Positions 18,825 through 28,617 of a stretch of DNA of 64,000 bases are shown here, in pieces. The stretch covers positions 11,666-75,665 of the forward strand of contig CAZUWV010000001.1 of assembly GCA_964624255.1 (NCBI GenBank), in the 5' to 3' direction. The position numbers and the translations under genes are program-made. The number at the start of each line of letters is the position of its first letter. Positions within the stretch are counted from its first letter, which is position 1. This DNA is from an uncultured Zetaproteobacteria bacterium (GTDB lineage: Bacteria; Pseudomonadota; Zetaproteobacteria; Mariprofundales; Mariprofundaceae). The notes under the pieces were generated by a model. It saw nothing but the letters and a program-made list of their open reading frames with translations. It searched no databases and was not told the origin of the DNA.

Positions 18825-21378
18825 GGTGACCACGACCGCAGAGTGGGAATACGAGGTGCCATCTTCCTTTCTATTGCCGGATGATGCGTTTAGGCGCATG
18901 TTCGACGAGGCTCCTGTTCCTTTGTGGGTGGGAGATATGTCAGGGGTAAAAAGTATCATCGGGCAGTGGTGTCCCTCCGGACCGGATGCTCTGGAGGCAT
19001 ACTTTGAAAGCCATCAGGAAGCGGTCGGGATGTGCGCGGGGAAGGTCAGAGTCCTTCAGGTCAACAAGGCAGCGCTAAATCTTTATCAAGCCGATGGCCG
19101 GAGGCAGTTTCTTGAAGAAATAGATAAAACCTTTACCGAGGCGTTCCTCGGGATATTCAAAGAGGCGCTGGTTTCTCTGGCCGGAGGCGAAAGCTGCGCG
19201 GCTGGTGAAACGGTCACCAAAACGTTGACAGGGGAAGAGGTCCATACCCTGATACGCATTTCGATCATACCCGGGCATGAGGATACATGGGGCCAGCTAT
19301 TGGTTTCCATTACAGATATTAGCGCACGTAAGCGAATGGACAGTGTGAATGAGAAAACATCAGAAATCCTTGAGATGGTCATTTTCGAAAAACCGGTTTC
19401 GGATATTTATGATGCGATTTGTCTCATGTTTGAAGATTGTTATCCCGGAATGCGTGCCTCCATCCTGATCCTGAGAGGGAATCGATTGTTCCATGGTGGC
19501 GCGCCGAGTTTGCCAAATACATACATGGCTGCCATCGACGGCACTGCCATCGGGCCTTGTGCGGGGTCGTGTGGTACGGCTGCTTTTTTGGGCGAGCGAG
19601 TGATTGTCGAAAATATTTCGACCGACCCCCTGTGGAACGACTATAAAGGTTTGGCGCTTTCCCACGCATTGCAATCGTGCTGGTCGGAGCCCATTAAAGA
19701 CGCCAGTCATCATGTGCTGGGCACATTTGCCATGTATTACGACCATCCGTGTGCACCTGGTGAGAGAGAGCTGCATGACATCAGGCGCGCCGCCGGACTC
19801 GCTGCCCTTGTCATGGAAAGAAGGAACAGGAAGGCATCGTTACGCAATCTTCTTGGGGCCATCGAGCAAGTCAGCGAATCTATTATGCTTACGGACCGGG
19901 ATGGTGTGATCGAATATGTCAATGCGGCATTCACAAAAATAACCGGATATCCCGCTACAGAAGCCATCGGCAAGACTCCCAACATTCTAAAAAGTGGCCA
20001 GCAGAATGCCGCCTATTACGAAAGGATGTGGAAAACGATTCTGGCGGGAGAAATCTGGAAGGATAAAGTTATTGATCGAAGAAAGGATGGCAGCCTTCAT
20101 CCTGTTATGTTGACCATTTCTCCCATTTTCGATGAGTGTGGAGAGGTGACCCGTTTTGTCGGCGTTCACGATGACATCAGCAAAATTAAAAAGCTGGAAG
20201 AGCAATTCTATCAGGCCCAGAAGATGGAAGCGATTGGTACGCTGGCTGGTGGTATCGCGCATGATTTTAACAACATGCTGGCCGGCATGCTCGGTACGGT
20301 GTATCTCGTCCGTAAGACGCTGATGGCTTATCCCGAGGCACAGAAGAAGCTGAAGCGGGTTGAGACAACGGGATTTCGTGCCGCAGACATGATTTCACAA
20401 TTATTGACCTTCGCGCGCAAAGGCACGATGGATATGCAGCCTATGGTATTGACCTCCTTTTTGAAGGAGGTGTTCAAGCTGTCGCGCAGCAGCGTTCCCG
20501 AGAATATCAGTTTCGCACTGGATATACCGGATACTGAGTGCACGGTGAATGGAGATGCCACTCTTCTCCAGCAGATCTTACTGAACCTTATCACCAATGC
20601 GAGGCATGCCGTTAGCGGCCAAGCCCATCCGGCAATCCGCGTCTCACTGGATGTGCTGAAAGTGAACAAAGCCTTGTGGAGTCGGCATCCAGACCTTCTG
20701 CGCAAGCCTTATGTTCGACTGGTGGTCGAGGATAACGGCCGTGGTATTCCTGAGAAGAATTTGCATCAACTGTTCGATCCATTTTTCACCACCAGGGACA
20801 CAGGTGAAGGGACGGGCCTGGGTCTGGCCATGGTGTACGGTGCGGTGCAGTCCCATAACGGCGTCATCGAAGTGGAGAGCGAGGAGGGGAAGGGAAGTGC
20901 CTTTTATGTGTTTCTTCCCCTGATCCGGCAGGCCGGAACGCCTTCCCTTCTTGCGGAAGGGCAGATGCTGGCAGGGCATGGCGAGACCATTTTGCTGGCT
21001 GACGACGAAGAGTCCGTACGCGAGGTTTCCCGGGAGTTGCTGGAGTCTATGGGCTATCGTGTACGCGTTGCGGCTAACGGAGAAGAAGCGGTTAGCCTGT
21101 TCGAGGAACATCAAGATGAGATCCGTTTAGCTATACTGGATGTGGTCATGCCGCAGTTGGGTGGTGTGGGTGCAGCGCTCCGCATGCGCGCATGCGCTCC
21201 GGGCCTGCCTGTTTTATTCCAGACCGGTTATGGCGAGGAACAGGTCCGGGAAGAGATGGAGAACCTGCAAAATTGTCGTGTCATGACCAAGCCGGTATCC
21301 GTGCCTGCGCTTAGCTGCATGGTGCGCGATTTGCTGGATGGTGAATCACGGGCGCAGATGGAAGAAAAGCCCTTCTGA
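18811..21378 (+). CDS. hybrid sensor histidine kinase, tandem paralog (N-terminal PAS-like module, GAF, PAS, HisKA, HATPase, receiver)
   Basis: 855 aa with H-box [30 protein letters not shown] and receiver [18 protein letters not shown]. It overlaps the upstream kinase by 14 nt. An alternative GTG start exists at 18826. Confidence 0.85.
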   Translation: MGARKVTTTAEWEYEVPSSFLLPDDAFRRMFDEAPVPLWVGDMSGVKSIIGQWCPSGPDALEAYFESHQEAVGMCAGKVRVLQVNKAALNLYQADGRRQFLEEIDKTFTEAFLGIFKEALVSLAGGESCAAGETVTKTLTGEEVHTLIRISIIPGHEDTWGQLLVSITDISARKRMDSVNEKTSEILEMVIFEKPVSDIYDAICLMFEDCYPGMRASILILRGNRLFHGGAPSLPNTYMAAIDGTAIGPCAGSCGTAAFLGERVIVENISTDPLWNDYKGLALSHALQSCWSEPIKDASHHVLGTFAMYYDHPCAPGERELHDIRRAAGLAALVMERRNRKASLRNLLGAIEQVSESIMLTDRDGVIEYVNAAFTKITGYPATEAIGKTPNILKSGQQNAAYYERMWKTILAGEIWKDKVIDRRKDGSLHPVMLTISPIFDECGEVTRFVGVHDDISKIKKLEEQFYQAQKMEAIGTLAGGIAHDFNNMLAGMLGTVYLVRKTLMAYPEAQKKLKRVETTGFRAADMISQLLTFARKGTMDMQPMVLTSFLKEVFKLSRSSVPENISFALDIPDTECTVNGDATLLQQILLNLITNARHAVSGQAHPAIRVSLDVLKVNKALWSRHPDLLRKPYVRLVVEDNGRGIPEKNLHQLFDPFFTTRDTGEGTGLGLAMVYGAVQSHNGVIEVESEEGKGSAFYVFLPLIRQAGTPSLLAEGQMLAGHGETILLADDEESVREVSRELLESMGYRVRVAANGEEAVSLFEEHQDEIRLAILDVVMPQLGGVGAALRMRACAPGLPVLFQTGYGEEQVREEMENLQNCRVMTKPVSVPALSCMVRDLLDGESRAQMEEKPF

Positions 21379-21384
21379 TACCCC

Positions 21385-23256
21385 TTATTTTTCCAGGTCA
21401 AGCAAACGGGCGATGATGGCCTCTTTATCCAGTGCAAGGTCGTGCAGCACTTCGGCCTGGGTTCCGTGTGCCGGGAACGCATCCGGCATACCCATGTTGG
21501 CAAATGGCCCATGCCAACCGTGTGTCAGCGCCAATGTCGCGATGGCTTCGCCGATGCCCCCCTCCGCCGCTCCTTCTTCTACTACGACCAGTGGTTTGTT
21601 TTTCTTCAGATGCGTCAGGATGCACGCTGTATCCAGTGGCTTGATAAAGCGAAGATTAATTAATGTCAGATCTTTGCCATCATCACCCATCTGATGTAGC
21701 GCTTCCACAGCCGCCAGAGCGTCATGGACGCGGCTGCCTACCGCTACGACGAGGCCGTCTTTCCCTTCTTTCAGCACGGTTGCTTTACCCATACCAAGTT
21801 CCTTTGGCGCTCCCGGATCGGCACCGGAGCCGCTACCGCGCGGGTAACGAATAGCGCTCGGACCCTTTAGCCTGATGGCTGTCACCAGCATATCCGCCAG
21901 TTCGGCCTCATCCATGGGCGCCATGATTGTGAGGTTGGGAATGCAGCGTAGAAAAGCTATATCGAAGCTGCCTGCGTGCGTCGCGCCATCGGCACCCACC
22001 ACCCCGGCTCGGTCCATACAGAAGACTACGGGGAGGTTCTGAATGCAGATGTCGTGAATAATCTGATCGTAGGCCCGTTGCATAAAAGTCGAATAAATAG
22101 CCACGACGGGCTTTAAGCCTTCCACGGCCAGACCACCCGCGAATGTTACGGCATGCTGTTCGGCGATACCGACATCGAAGCAGCGATCAGGATGCCGCCT
22201 GGCAAAGCGGGAAAGACCGGTACCGCCCGGCATGGCCGCAGTAATAGCTACAATCCGGTCATCGTGGTCGGCCAGGTCGGCCAGGGTATCGGCGAATACC
22301 TGCGTGTAGGTGGGAGCTTGTCCCTTCGCCTTGATCGGCTCGCCCGTTTCCATGTTGTAGGGGCCCAGGCCATGCCATGTTTCCGGGTCTTCTTCGGCAG
22401 GGGCGAACCCCAAGCCTTTCCGGGTGACGATATGCAACAGCACAGGACCATCCAGATTCTTGCAATTCTCCAGCGTGGGCAACAGGTGACGAAAATCATG
22501 GCCATCAATGGGACCAACATAACGGAATCCCATTTCTTCAAATAATGTACCGGGCATGACCATGCCCTTGACATGCTCTTCCAGCCGTTTCGCGGCCTCC
22601 AGGGCTGTCGGGACTTTCTCCAGCACCTTGCGCGTGGCATCCCGCACATTGGCGTAGGTTTTACCGGAAATCAGGCGGGCCAGGTAGGCGGACATCGAGC
22701 CAACATTGGGGGCGATGGACATTTCATTATCATTGAGAATGACCAAGAGCTGGCTTTTACTTTCTCCGGCATTGTTCAAACCCTCAAAAGCCATGCCGCC
22801 GGTCAACGCGCCATCGCCAATGACGGCGATGATATGTTTGTGCTCTCTGTTAATATCGCGTCCGGTAGCCATGCCGAAGGCTGCGGATATTGAGGTGCAG
22901 GCGTGCCCGGCACCGAAGGGGTCATGTTCGGATTCGGTACGTTTGGTAAAGGCGGACAATCCGCCGCGCTGCCGGATGCCGGGCATTTGTTCCAGCCTTC
23001 CGGTCAGCATTTTGTGTGGATAGGCCTGATGCCCCACGTCCCATATGATACGGTCACGGGGCGAATCAAACAGCCGGTGCAGGGCAATGGTCAGTTCCAC
23101 CACGCCAAGTCCGGCACCCAGATGGCCGCCGATTGGCGCCAGTGTCTTGATAAGATAATCCCGCATTTCTGCCGCCAGGCGGGGAAGTTGTTCCACGCTC
23201 AGACGCTTGACGTCATCTGGCCCGTGAATACCGGACAGTAGCGAAGGTCCGCTCAT
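21385..23256 (-). CDS. dxs: 1-deoxy-D-xylulose-5-phosphate synthase
   Basis: MSGPSLLSGIHGPDDVKRLSVEQLPRLAAEMRDYL is a typical DXS N-terminus, and the TPP motif GDGALTGGMAFE is present. The start is trimmed from the listed ORF (23337) to the ATG at 23256. Confidence 0.95.
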   Translation of the reverse strand: MSGPSLLSGIHGPDDVKRLSVEQLPRLAAEMRDYLIKTLAPIGGHLGAGLGVVELTIALHRLFDSPRDRIIWDVGHQAYPHKMLTGRLEQMPGIRQRGGLSAFTKRTESEHDPFGAGHACTSISAAFGMATGRDINREHKHIIAVIGDGALTGGMAFEGLNNAGESKSQLLVILNDNEMSIAPNVGSMSAYLARLISGKTYANVRDATRKVLEKVPTALEAAKRLEEHVKGMVMPGTLFEEMGFRYVGPIDGHDFRHLLPTLENCKNLDGPVLLHIVTRKGLGFAPAEEDPETWHGLGPYNMETGEPIKAKGQAPTYTQVFADTLADLADHDDRIVAITAAMPGGTGLSRFARRHPDRCFDVGIAEQHAVTFAGGLAVEGLKPVVAIYSTFMQRAYDQIIHDICIQNLPVVFCMDRAGVVGADGATHAGSFDIAFLRCIPNLTIMAPMDEAELADMLVTAIRLKGPSAIRYPRGSGSGADPGAPKELGMGKATVLKEGKDGLVVAVGSRVHDALAAVEALHQMGDDGKDLTLINLRFIKPLDTACILTHLKKNKPLVVVEEGAAEGGIGEAIATLALTHGWHGPFANMGMPDAFPAHGTQAEVLHDLALDKEAIIARLLDLEK

Positions 23257-23284
23257 GATGACGTCGTCGCAATAAGTATGGTGC

Positions 23285-24175
23285 TCATTTCTTTCTCTCC
23301 CGAATGTAAGCGGCAAGTGCCGCCAGGCGTGCGCCATTCTCGCCCAAAGGCACTAGGGCCTCAACCGCAAGACACAGCATCTCGTCTGCAATTTCGCGGG
23401 CACGTTCCAGGCCGAGCAGAGACACATAGGTAGCCTTATGTTGCGTGGCATCCTTGCCCGGACTTTTCCCCAGCACCTCGCTGCTGCCCGTCGCATCCAG
23501 AATATCATCGGCAATTTGAAACAGTAGCCCGACAGCTTTACCGTAGCGGCAGCATGCGTCCACCCTTGTCGTATCCGCGCGCGCCAGCATGGCGCCTGTT
23601 TCACAGCAATAGCGCAGTAAATCTCCGGTCTTGCGGACATGGATGCGTTCGACTTCCAACACATCCTGCACCGTTTTCTCTTCAGCCAGCATATCCAGCA
23701 TCTGGCCGCCAACCATACCCTGAGCTCCCGCAGCCAATGCGAGATGACCGACGAGTTCTACGCGCAAGCCCGCCGATACATCCACTTCCGTCAATAATTC
23801 AAAACTCAGGCATTGCAATGCATCGGCGGCAAGTATGGCGGATGCCTCATCGAACTGCTTGTGGCAGGTCGGTCTTCCGCGCCGCAGATCATCATCGTCC
23901 ATGCAGGGTAAATCATCATGAATGAGCGAATAGGTGTGCATACATTCAACGCTCATCATGGCTGGCATGATTTCACCCTCTCCACAGCAGGCCGAAAAAC
24001 ATTCCTGCATGAGCGACGGACGGATACGCTTGCCGCCAGCCATCAGGCTGTAATGCATGGCTTCCCGCAGGCGTTCAGGAATACATTTCGCACGCGCCGC
24101 GAACATCGTATCAAGCGCCGCATTGGTTTCTACCGCACACTGCTCCAGCCGTTGCTGTGGCGTATATTTATTCAT
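23285..24175 (-). CDS. ispA: (2E,6E)-farnesyl diphosphate synthase
   Basis: Two Asp-rich motifs ([17 protein letters not shown] and FQIADDILD). It sits in the conserved xseB-ispA-dxs order. Confidence 0.9.
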   Translation of the reverse strand: MNKYTPQQRLEQCAVETNAALDTMFAARAKCIPERLREAMHYSLMAGGKRIRPSLMQECFSACCGEGEIMPAMMSVECMHTYSLIHDDLPCMDDDDLRRGRPTCHKQFDEASAILAADALQCLSFELLTEVDVSAGLRVELVGHLALAAGAQGMVGGQMLDMLAEEKTVQDVLEVERIHVRKTGDLLRYCCETGAMLARADTTRVDACCRYGKAVGLLFQIADDILDATGSSEVLGKSPGKDATQHKATYVSLLGLERAREIADEMLCLAVEALVPLGENGARLAALAAYIRERKK

Positions 24176-24386
24176 TTTTATCGAGGACCTGAAGCCGCTG
24201 GTCGGCTGAATCCAGCAAGGCTTCGCAATGGCGGGTCAGTTTCACGCCTTCTTCAAAGGCAGCCACGCTCCCTTCAAGCGACAATTGGCCGGATTCGAGT
24301 TTTTCGACCAGCGCATTCAAGCGCTTCAATGTCTGTTCAAAGCCCGGATCGGCTGCTTCGCTACGGGAAGATATTGATTCAGTCAC
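24168..24386 (-). CDS. xseB: exodeoxyribonuclease VII small subunit
   Basis: 72 aa. The sequence [39 protein letters not shown] is typical XseB. It has a GTG start and overlaps the ispA start. Confidence 0.8.
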   Translation of the reverse strand: MTESISSRSEAADPGFEQTLKRLNALVEKLESGQLSLEGSVAAFEEGVKLTRHCEALLDSADQRLQVLDKNE

Positions 24387-24423
24387 ACGCTACTCCAAAT
24401 GCCCAAAAGTCCGACAGGCTTCT

Positions 24424-24472
24424 GGCCTGCGCTATTCGTAATCATCACGAGGATTGATGAATAGCGCAGGCC
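24424..24472. repeat. collapsed family-A-type palindrome (TIR-TIR) in the xseB/lipB divergent region
   Basis: GGCCTGCGCTATTC - 21 nt - GAATAGCGCAGGCC. The arms resemble the A6 end TGAATAGCGCAG. It is preceded by a partial family-C arm (GTCCGACAGGCTTCTGG). Confidence 0.6.
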
Positions 24473-24557
24473 AGTTTCGGCTATTGTAGGGCGTAAGCGG
24501 GACGGGTCAATGCGGGCGAACTTCATTTCCATTGTCGATAGCTGATAGTATCGGCGG

Positions 24558-25214
24558 ATGGACAATGATGGTGAGGGCCTGCGCGTTATCCGGCATGCGC
24601 AACAGGGTTATGCAGATTCCATCGCCGAACAGGAGGCGGAAGTTAACCGTGTACTCGACGGTGCGGCTGTGTCCTGCGTGATTCTGACTGAACACCCTCC
24701 CCTGTTCACCCTCGGTACATCCGGCCATAGGGGCGATATTCTGCTACAGGATATTGGCGAGGAACACATGGAGGTATTTGAAACGGGGCGCGGTGGCGAA
24801 GCCACCTATCATGGGCCAGGGCAACTGGTCGCTTATGTGATTGCGGATTTGCGCGAAGAGCGGGATTTACACAAACATGTATGGCGCCTGGAAGAGATGG
24901 CGATTCGTACATTGGCTGATTTCGACATTATCGCGGGGCGCAGTGAGCGCGGTATAGGTGTATGGGTTGATGGTAAAAAGATTGCCGCCATTGGCGTGCG
25001 CTGTCGCAAGTGGGTCAGTTACCATGGCGTGGCGCTGAACATCGCACCCAACCTCAAACATTTTTCCGGCATTGTACCCTGTGGCATGCACGACGCGCCG
25101 GTGACCTCCATGCAAAAAGTCGGAATCTGTGCTGACAGAAACGAAGTGGAGAAGTATTTATTACCGCACGCCCACAGATTGTTCCGGTCTGCCCGGACTA
25201 TCGACATTCGCTGA
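24558..25214 (+). CDS. lipB: octanoyltransferase (lipoate-protein ligase B)
   Basis: 218 aa with the motifs LTEHPPLFTLGTSG, RGGEATYHGPGQLV and KIAAIGVRCRKWVSYHGVALNI. Confidence 0.85.
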   Translation: MDNDGEGLRVIRHAQQGYADSIAEQEAEVNRVLDGAAVSCVILTEHPPLFTLGTSGHRGDILLQDIGEEHMEVFETGRGGEATYHGPGQLVAYVIADLREERDLHKHVWRLEEMAIRTLADFDIIAGRSERGIGVWVDGKKIAAIGVRCRKWVSYHGVALNIAPNLKHFSGIVPCGMHDAPVTSMQKVGICADRNEVEKYLLPHAHRLFRSARTIDIR

Positions 25215-25372
25215 AAAGCAATTTGCGCGCCAAGGCCCGGCGCACGAGTGCGGGATTGACCATAGCCAATTCAAACGGACACAACGCCCGCCATTACTTG
25301 CCCGAAAGGAGTCCTTGCACACGGATCATACTGCGTTGCGGATAACCCTTATCTGTGCACTGCGCCTTGCCC

Positions 25373-25538
25373 TAGCCTGGACTATTCATAAATGCTGCCG
25401 CGCCCTTGCTTGTTCCTTTGTTCGCACCGAATCCCTCGTCGGTCGTCCGTATGCATGGCTGCGGCCTCCTTCCTCGGAATCCGTTGCAAACAAAGGTTCG
25501 GCGCAATCATCGCGGCGATTTATGAATAGTTCAGGCTA
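25373..25538 (+). mobile_element. family-A MITE-like element, copy A2 (best-preserved)
   Basis: The terminal inverted repeats are GCCTGGACTATTCATAAAT and ATTTATGAATAGTTCAGGC. The flanks are C-TA on the left and TA-G on the right. It has no coding capacity. Confidence 0.8.
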
Positions 25539-26304
25539 GTTCCCTGGCAAAGACCCATGCTGACGCTGAAGACATATCAGGTCGGTAGTGATAACCGGCC
25601 TGGTTAAACTGTTTGATATCCTCGGGTATGTCGATGCGGTTCCTGATGACAAACCGGCTCATCAGGCCGCGGGCCTTTTTTGCATGGATACCGATGGTTT
25701 TATAGCCACCATCCTTTTGCTCCTTGAACTGAACGTGAATCATGCGCCCGGACAGCCGCAAGGGCTGCACTGCTTTTGCATACTCATTGGAGGCCAGGTT
25801 AATCAGTGTGGAGGTACCCTGTTTCGACATTGCCTGATCCAGGGCATCGGTGATGCGCCGTCCCCAGAATGCATATAAATCCCTGCCGCGCGCATTGGAC
25901 AGTCGCGTCCCCATCTCTAGACGATAGGCCTGCATCAAATCCAGTGGCTGTAACAGGCCGTACAGCCCTGAAAGGATGCGCAAGTGGTCCTGCGCGAAAT
26001 GTATATCCGCCTCGTTTAAACTATCGGCATCCAGTGCGGCGTAAACATCGCCGCGAAAGGCAAACAGTGCCTGTTTGGCGTTTCCCAGCGTGAACGGCAT
26101 ATGCCAGTAGCGATAACGTCGCGCATTTAATATAGCAAGACGGGGGCTGATTTTCATCAACCGGCCGAGCTCTTCAGCAGACATCATCCGCAAACTCTTC
26201 ACCAATTCCCGCGAGTCATCCGGAAATTTCGGTGTGGTAAATGTGGAGACCGGCGCTGGTGTTTCAATATCCAGCTTCTTGGCCGGAGCAATCATCATCA
26301 ACAT
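25531..26304 (-). CDS. yaaA: peroxide stress protein YaaA (DUF328)
   Basis: The trimmed N-terminus MLMMIAPAKKLD matches the YaaA hallmark (ISPAK.LD), and the length is then about 257 aa. The last two codons (Ala, stop) lie inside a repeat element. Confidence 0.8.
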   Translation of the reverse strand: MLMMIAPAKKLDIETPAPVSTFTTPKFPDDSRELVKSLRMMSAEELGRLMKISPRLAILNARRYRYWHMPFTLGNAKQALFAFRGDVYAALDADSLNEADIHFAQDHLRILSGLYGLLQPLDLMQAYRLEMGTRLSNARGRDLYAFWGRRITDALDQAMSKQGTSTLINLASNEYAKAVQPLRLSGRMIHVQFKEQKDGGYKTIGIHAKKARGLMSRFVIRNRIDIPEDIKQFNQAGYHYRPDMSSASAWVFARELA

Positions 26305-26403
26305 GGAAGGCAACATATCGCCGCTCCGCCTTTTCGGCAATGGCTTGCAACTAAAAAGATGAAGTTCGGCGGAAAAGATACTATCCTGCGCACCCTTTTT
26401 TAA

Positions 26404-27450
<1,047 letters not shown>

Positions 27451-27498
27451 CGCGGATACCGGGGAGTCGTGAACAAATTAGGTTAAGTGGCTCAGATA

Positions 27499-28605
27499 CT
27501 AAGTCCAATTCAAGCCTCCACCGGTTTGATATTCAGTGACCCGCGTTTCAAAGAAGTTCTTTTCCTTTTTAAGGTTGGCCTGCTCATCCAGCCAGGGTAG
27601 CGCGTTGTCCGCATCTGGGAATGGCTCTTCCATGTCCATCTGTCTGGCTCTGCGGTTAGCAATAAAGCGGAATTGTCGGATGTGGTCTTTGGCGCTATAG
27701 CCTAAAATTGGCTCCGGTAGCAAGTAGCGGGCATAGCCATGTTCCGCCTCTTCCGCTTCTTCCCACATTTCGCGTACAAGCTTTTTATCCAGCCCAATAT
27801 TTTCTTCACGCATGATCTGGCGAACTACGCGGATGCCGAAGCCGGCATGCATCACCTCATCGCGCATAATGTATTGTAGTTGCTCCGCAGTACCCTTCAT
27901 CAGTCCTCGGCGTTGCAGTGAAAAAATGGGTGAAAAACCATTGTAGAACCAACTGCCCTCAAACACGGCTGCAAAGAAAAAATAAGAGAGTACAAAATTA
28001 TGCAACTCATCTCTGTCGGACAGATTAATATGTGAGCGTAATATCGAATTCATCCGTCTGTTGGCGATCTGGATCTTGTGGCTGATTGCGGGTACAACAC
28101 GATAACGATTGTAAATCTCGCTTTGGTCCAAACCGATGGATTCAATGCAATGCTGGTATGTCCAGGTATGCAATGCTTCCTCATAGACCTGGCGCGCCTG
28201 ATAAATTTGCAACTCTGGCGCAGTCATCTTCTCCATCACTGCAAGACCGATATTGCGCATCGCCAAAATGTCCGATGTAGTCAGATAGGCGAGCACATTC
28301 TCATACACATGCTTTTCTTCCAGCGTCAGCTTGTGATGATAATCATGCACATCCTGATTCATGTTGATATCCAGCGGTGTCCAGTGGTTTTTGTTGGCAT
28401 TCAAGAAATATTGCCACGCCCACGGATAACGGAATGGCGCGAGCTGGTTGATATCGCCCATACCACCGACTACCCTTTTATCTTCAGCACGGATGGGCCG
28501 CAAATCCTGTGCCGGTAAAGTTTCTGTCTCTGCCATTCCTGTATCGGCTTCGGCGGTACCATCCGATGGTTTTATGGTGTCGAGCGGATTATCCCAGTTT
28601 AACAT
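27499..28605 (-). CDS. nrdB: ribonucleotide-diphosphate reductase beta subunit (class Ia)
   Basis: 368 aa with the di-iron/tyrosyl radical ligand pattern (EALHTWTY, FFAAVFEG, RDEVMH). It lies immediately downstream of nrdA. Confidence 0.95.
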   Translation of the reverse strand: MLNWDNPLDTIKPSDGTAEADTGMAETETLPAQDLRPIRAEDKRVVGGMGDINQLAPFRYPWAWQYFLNANKNHWTPLDINMNQDVHDYHHKLTLEEKHVYENVLAYLTTSDILAMRNIGLAVMEKMTAPELQIYQARQVYEEALHTWTYQHCIESIGLDQSEIYNRYRVVPAISHKIQIANRRMNSILRSHINLSDRDELHNFVLSYFFFAAVFEGSWFYNGFSPIFSLQRRGLMKGTAEQLQYIMRDEVMHAGFGIRVVRQIMREENIGLDKKLVREMWEEAEEAEHGYARYLLPEPILGYSAKDHIRQFRFIANRRARQMDMEEPFPDADNALPWLDEQANLKKEKNFFETRVTEYQTGGGLNWT

Positions 28606-28617
28606 TGAATATTCCCC

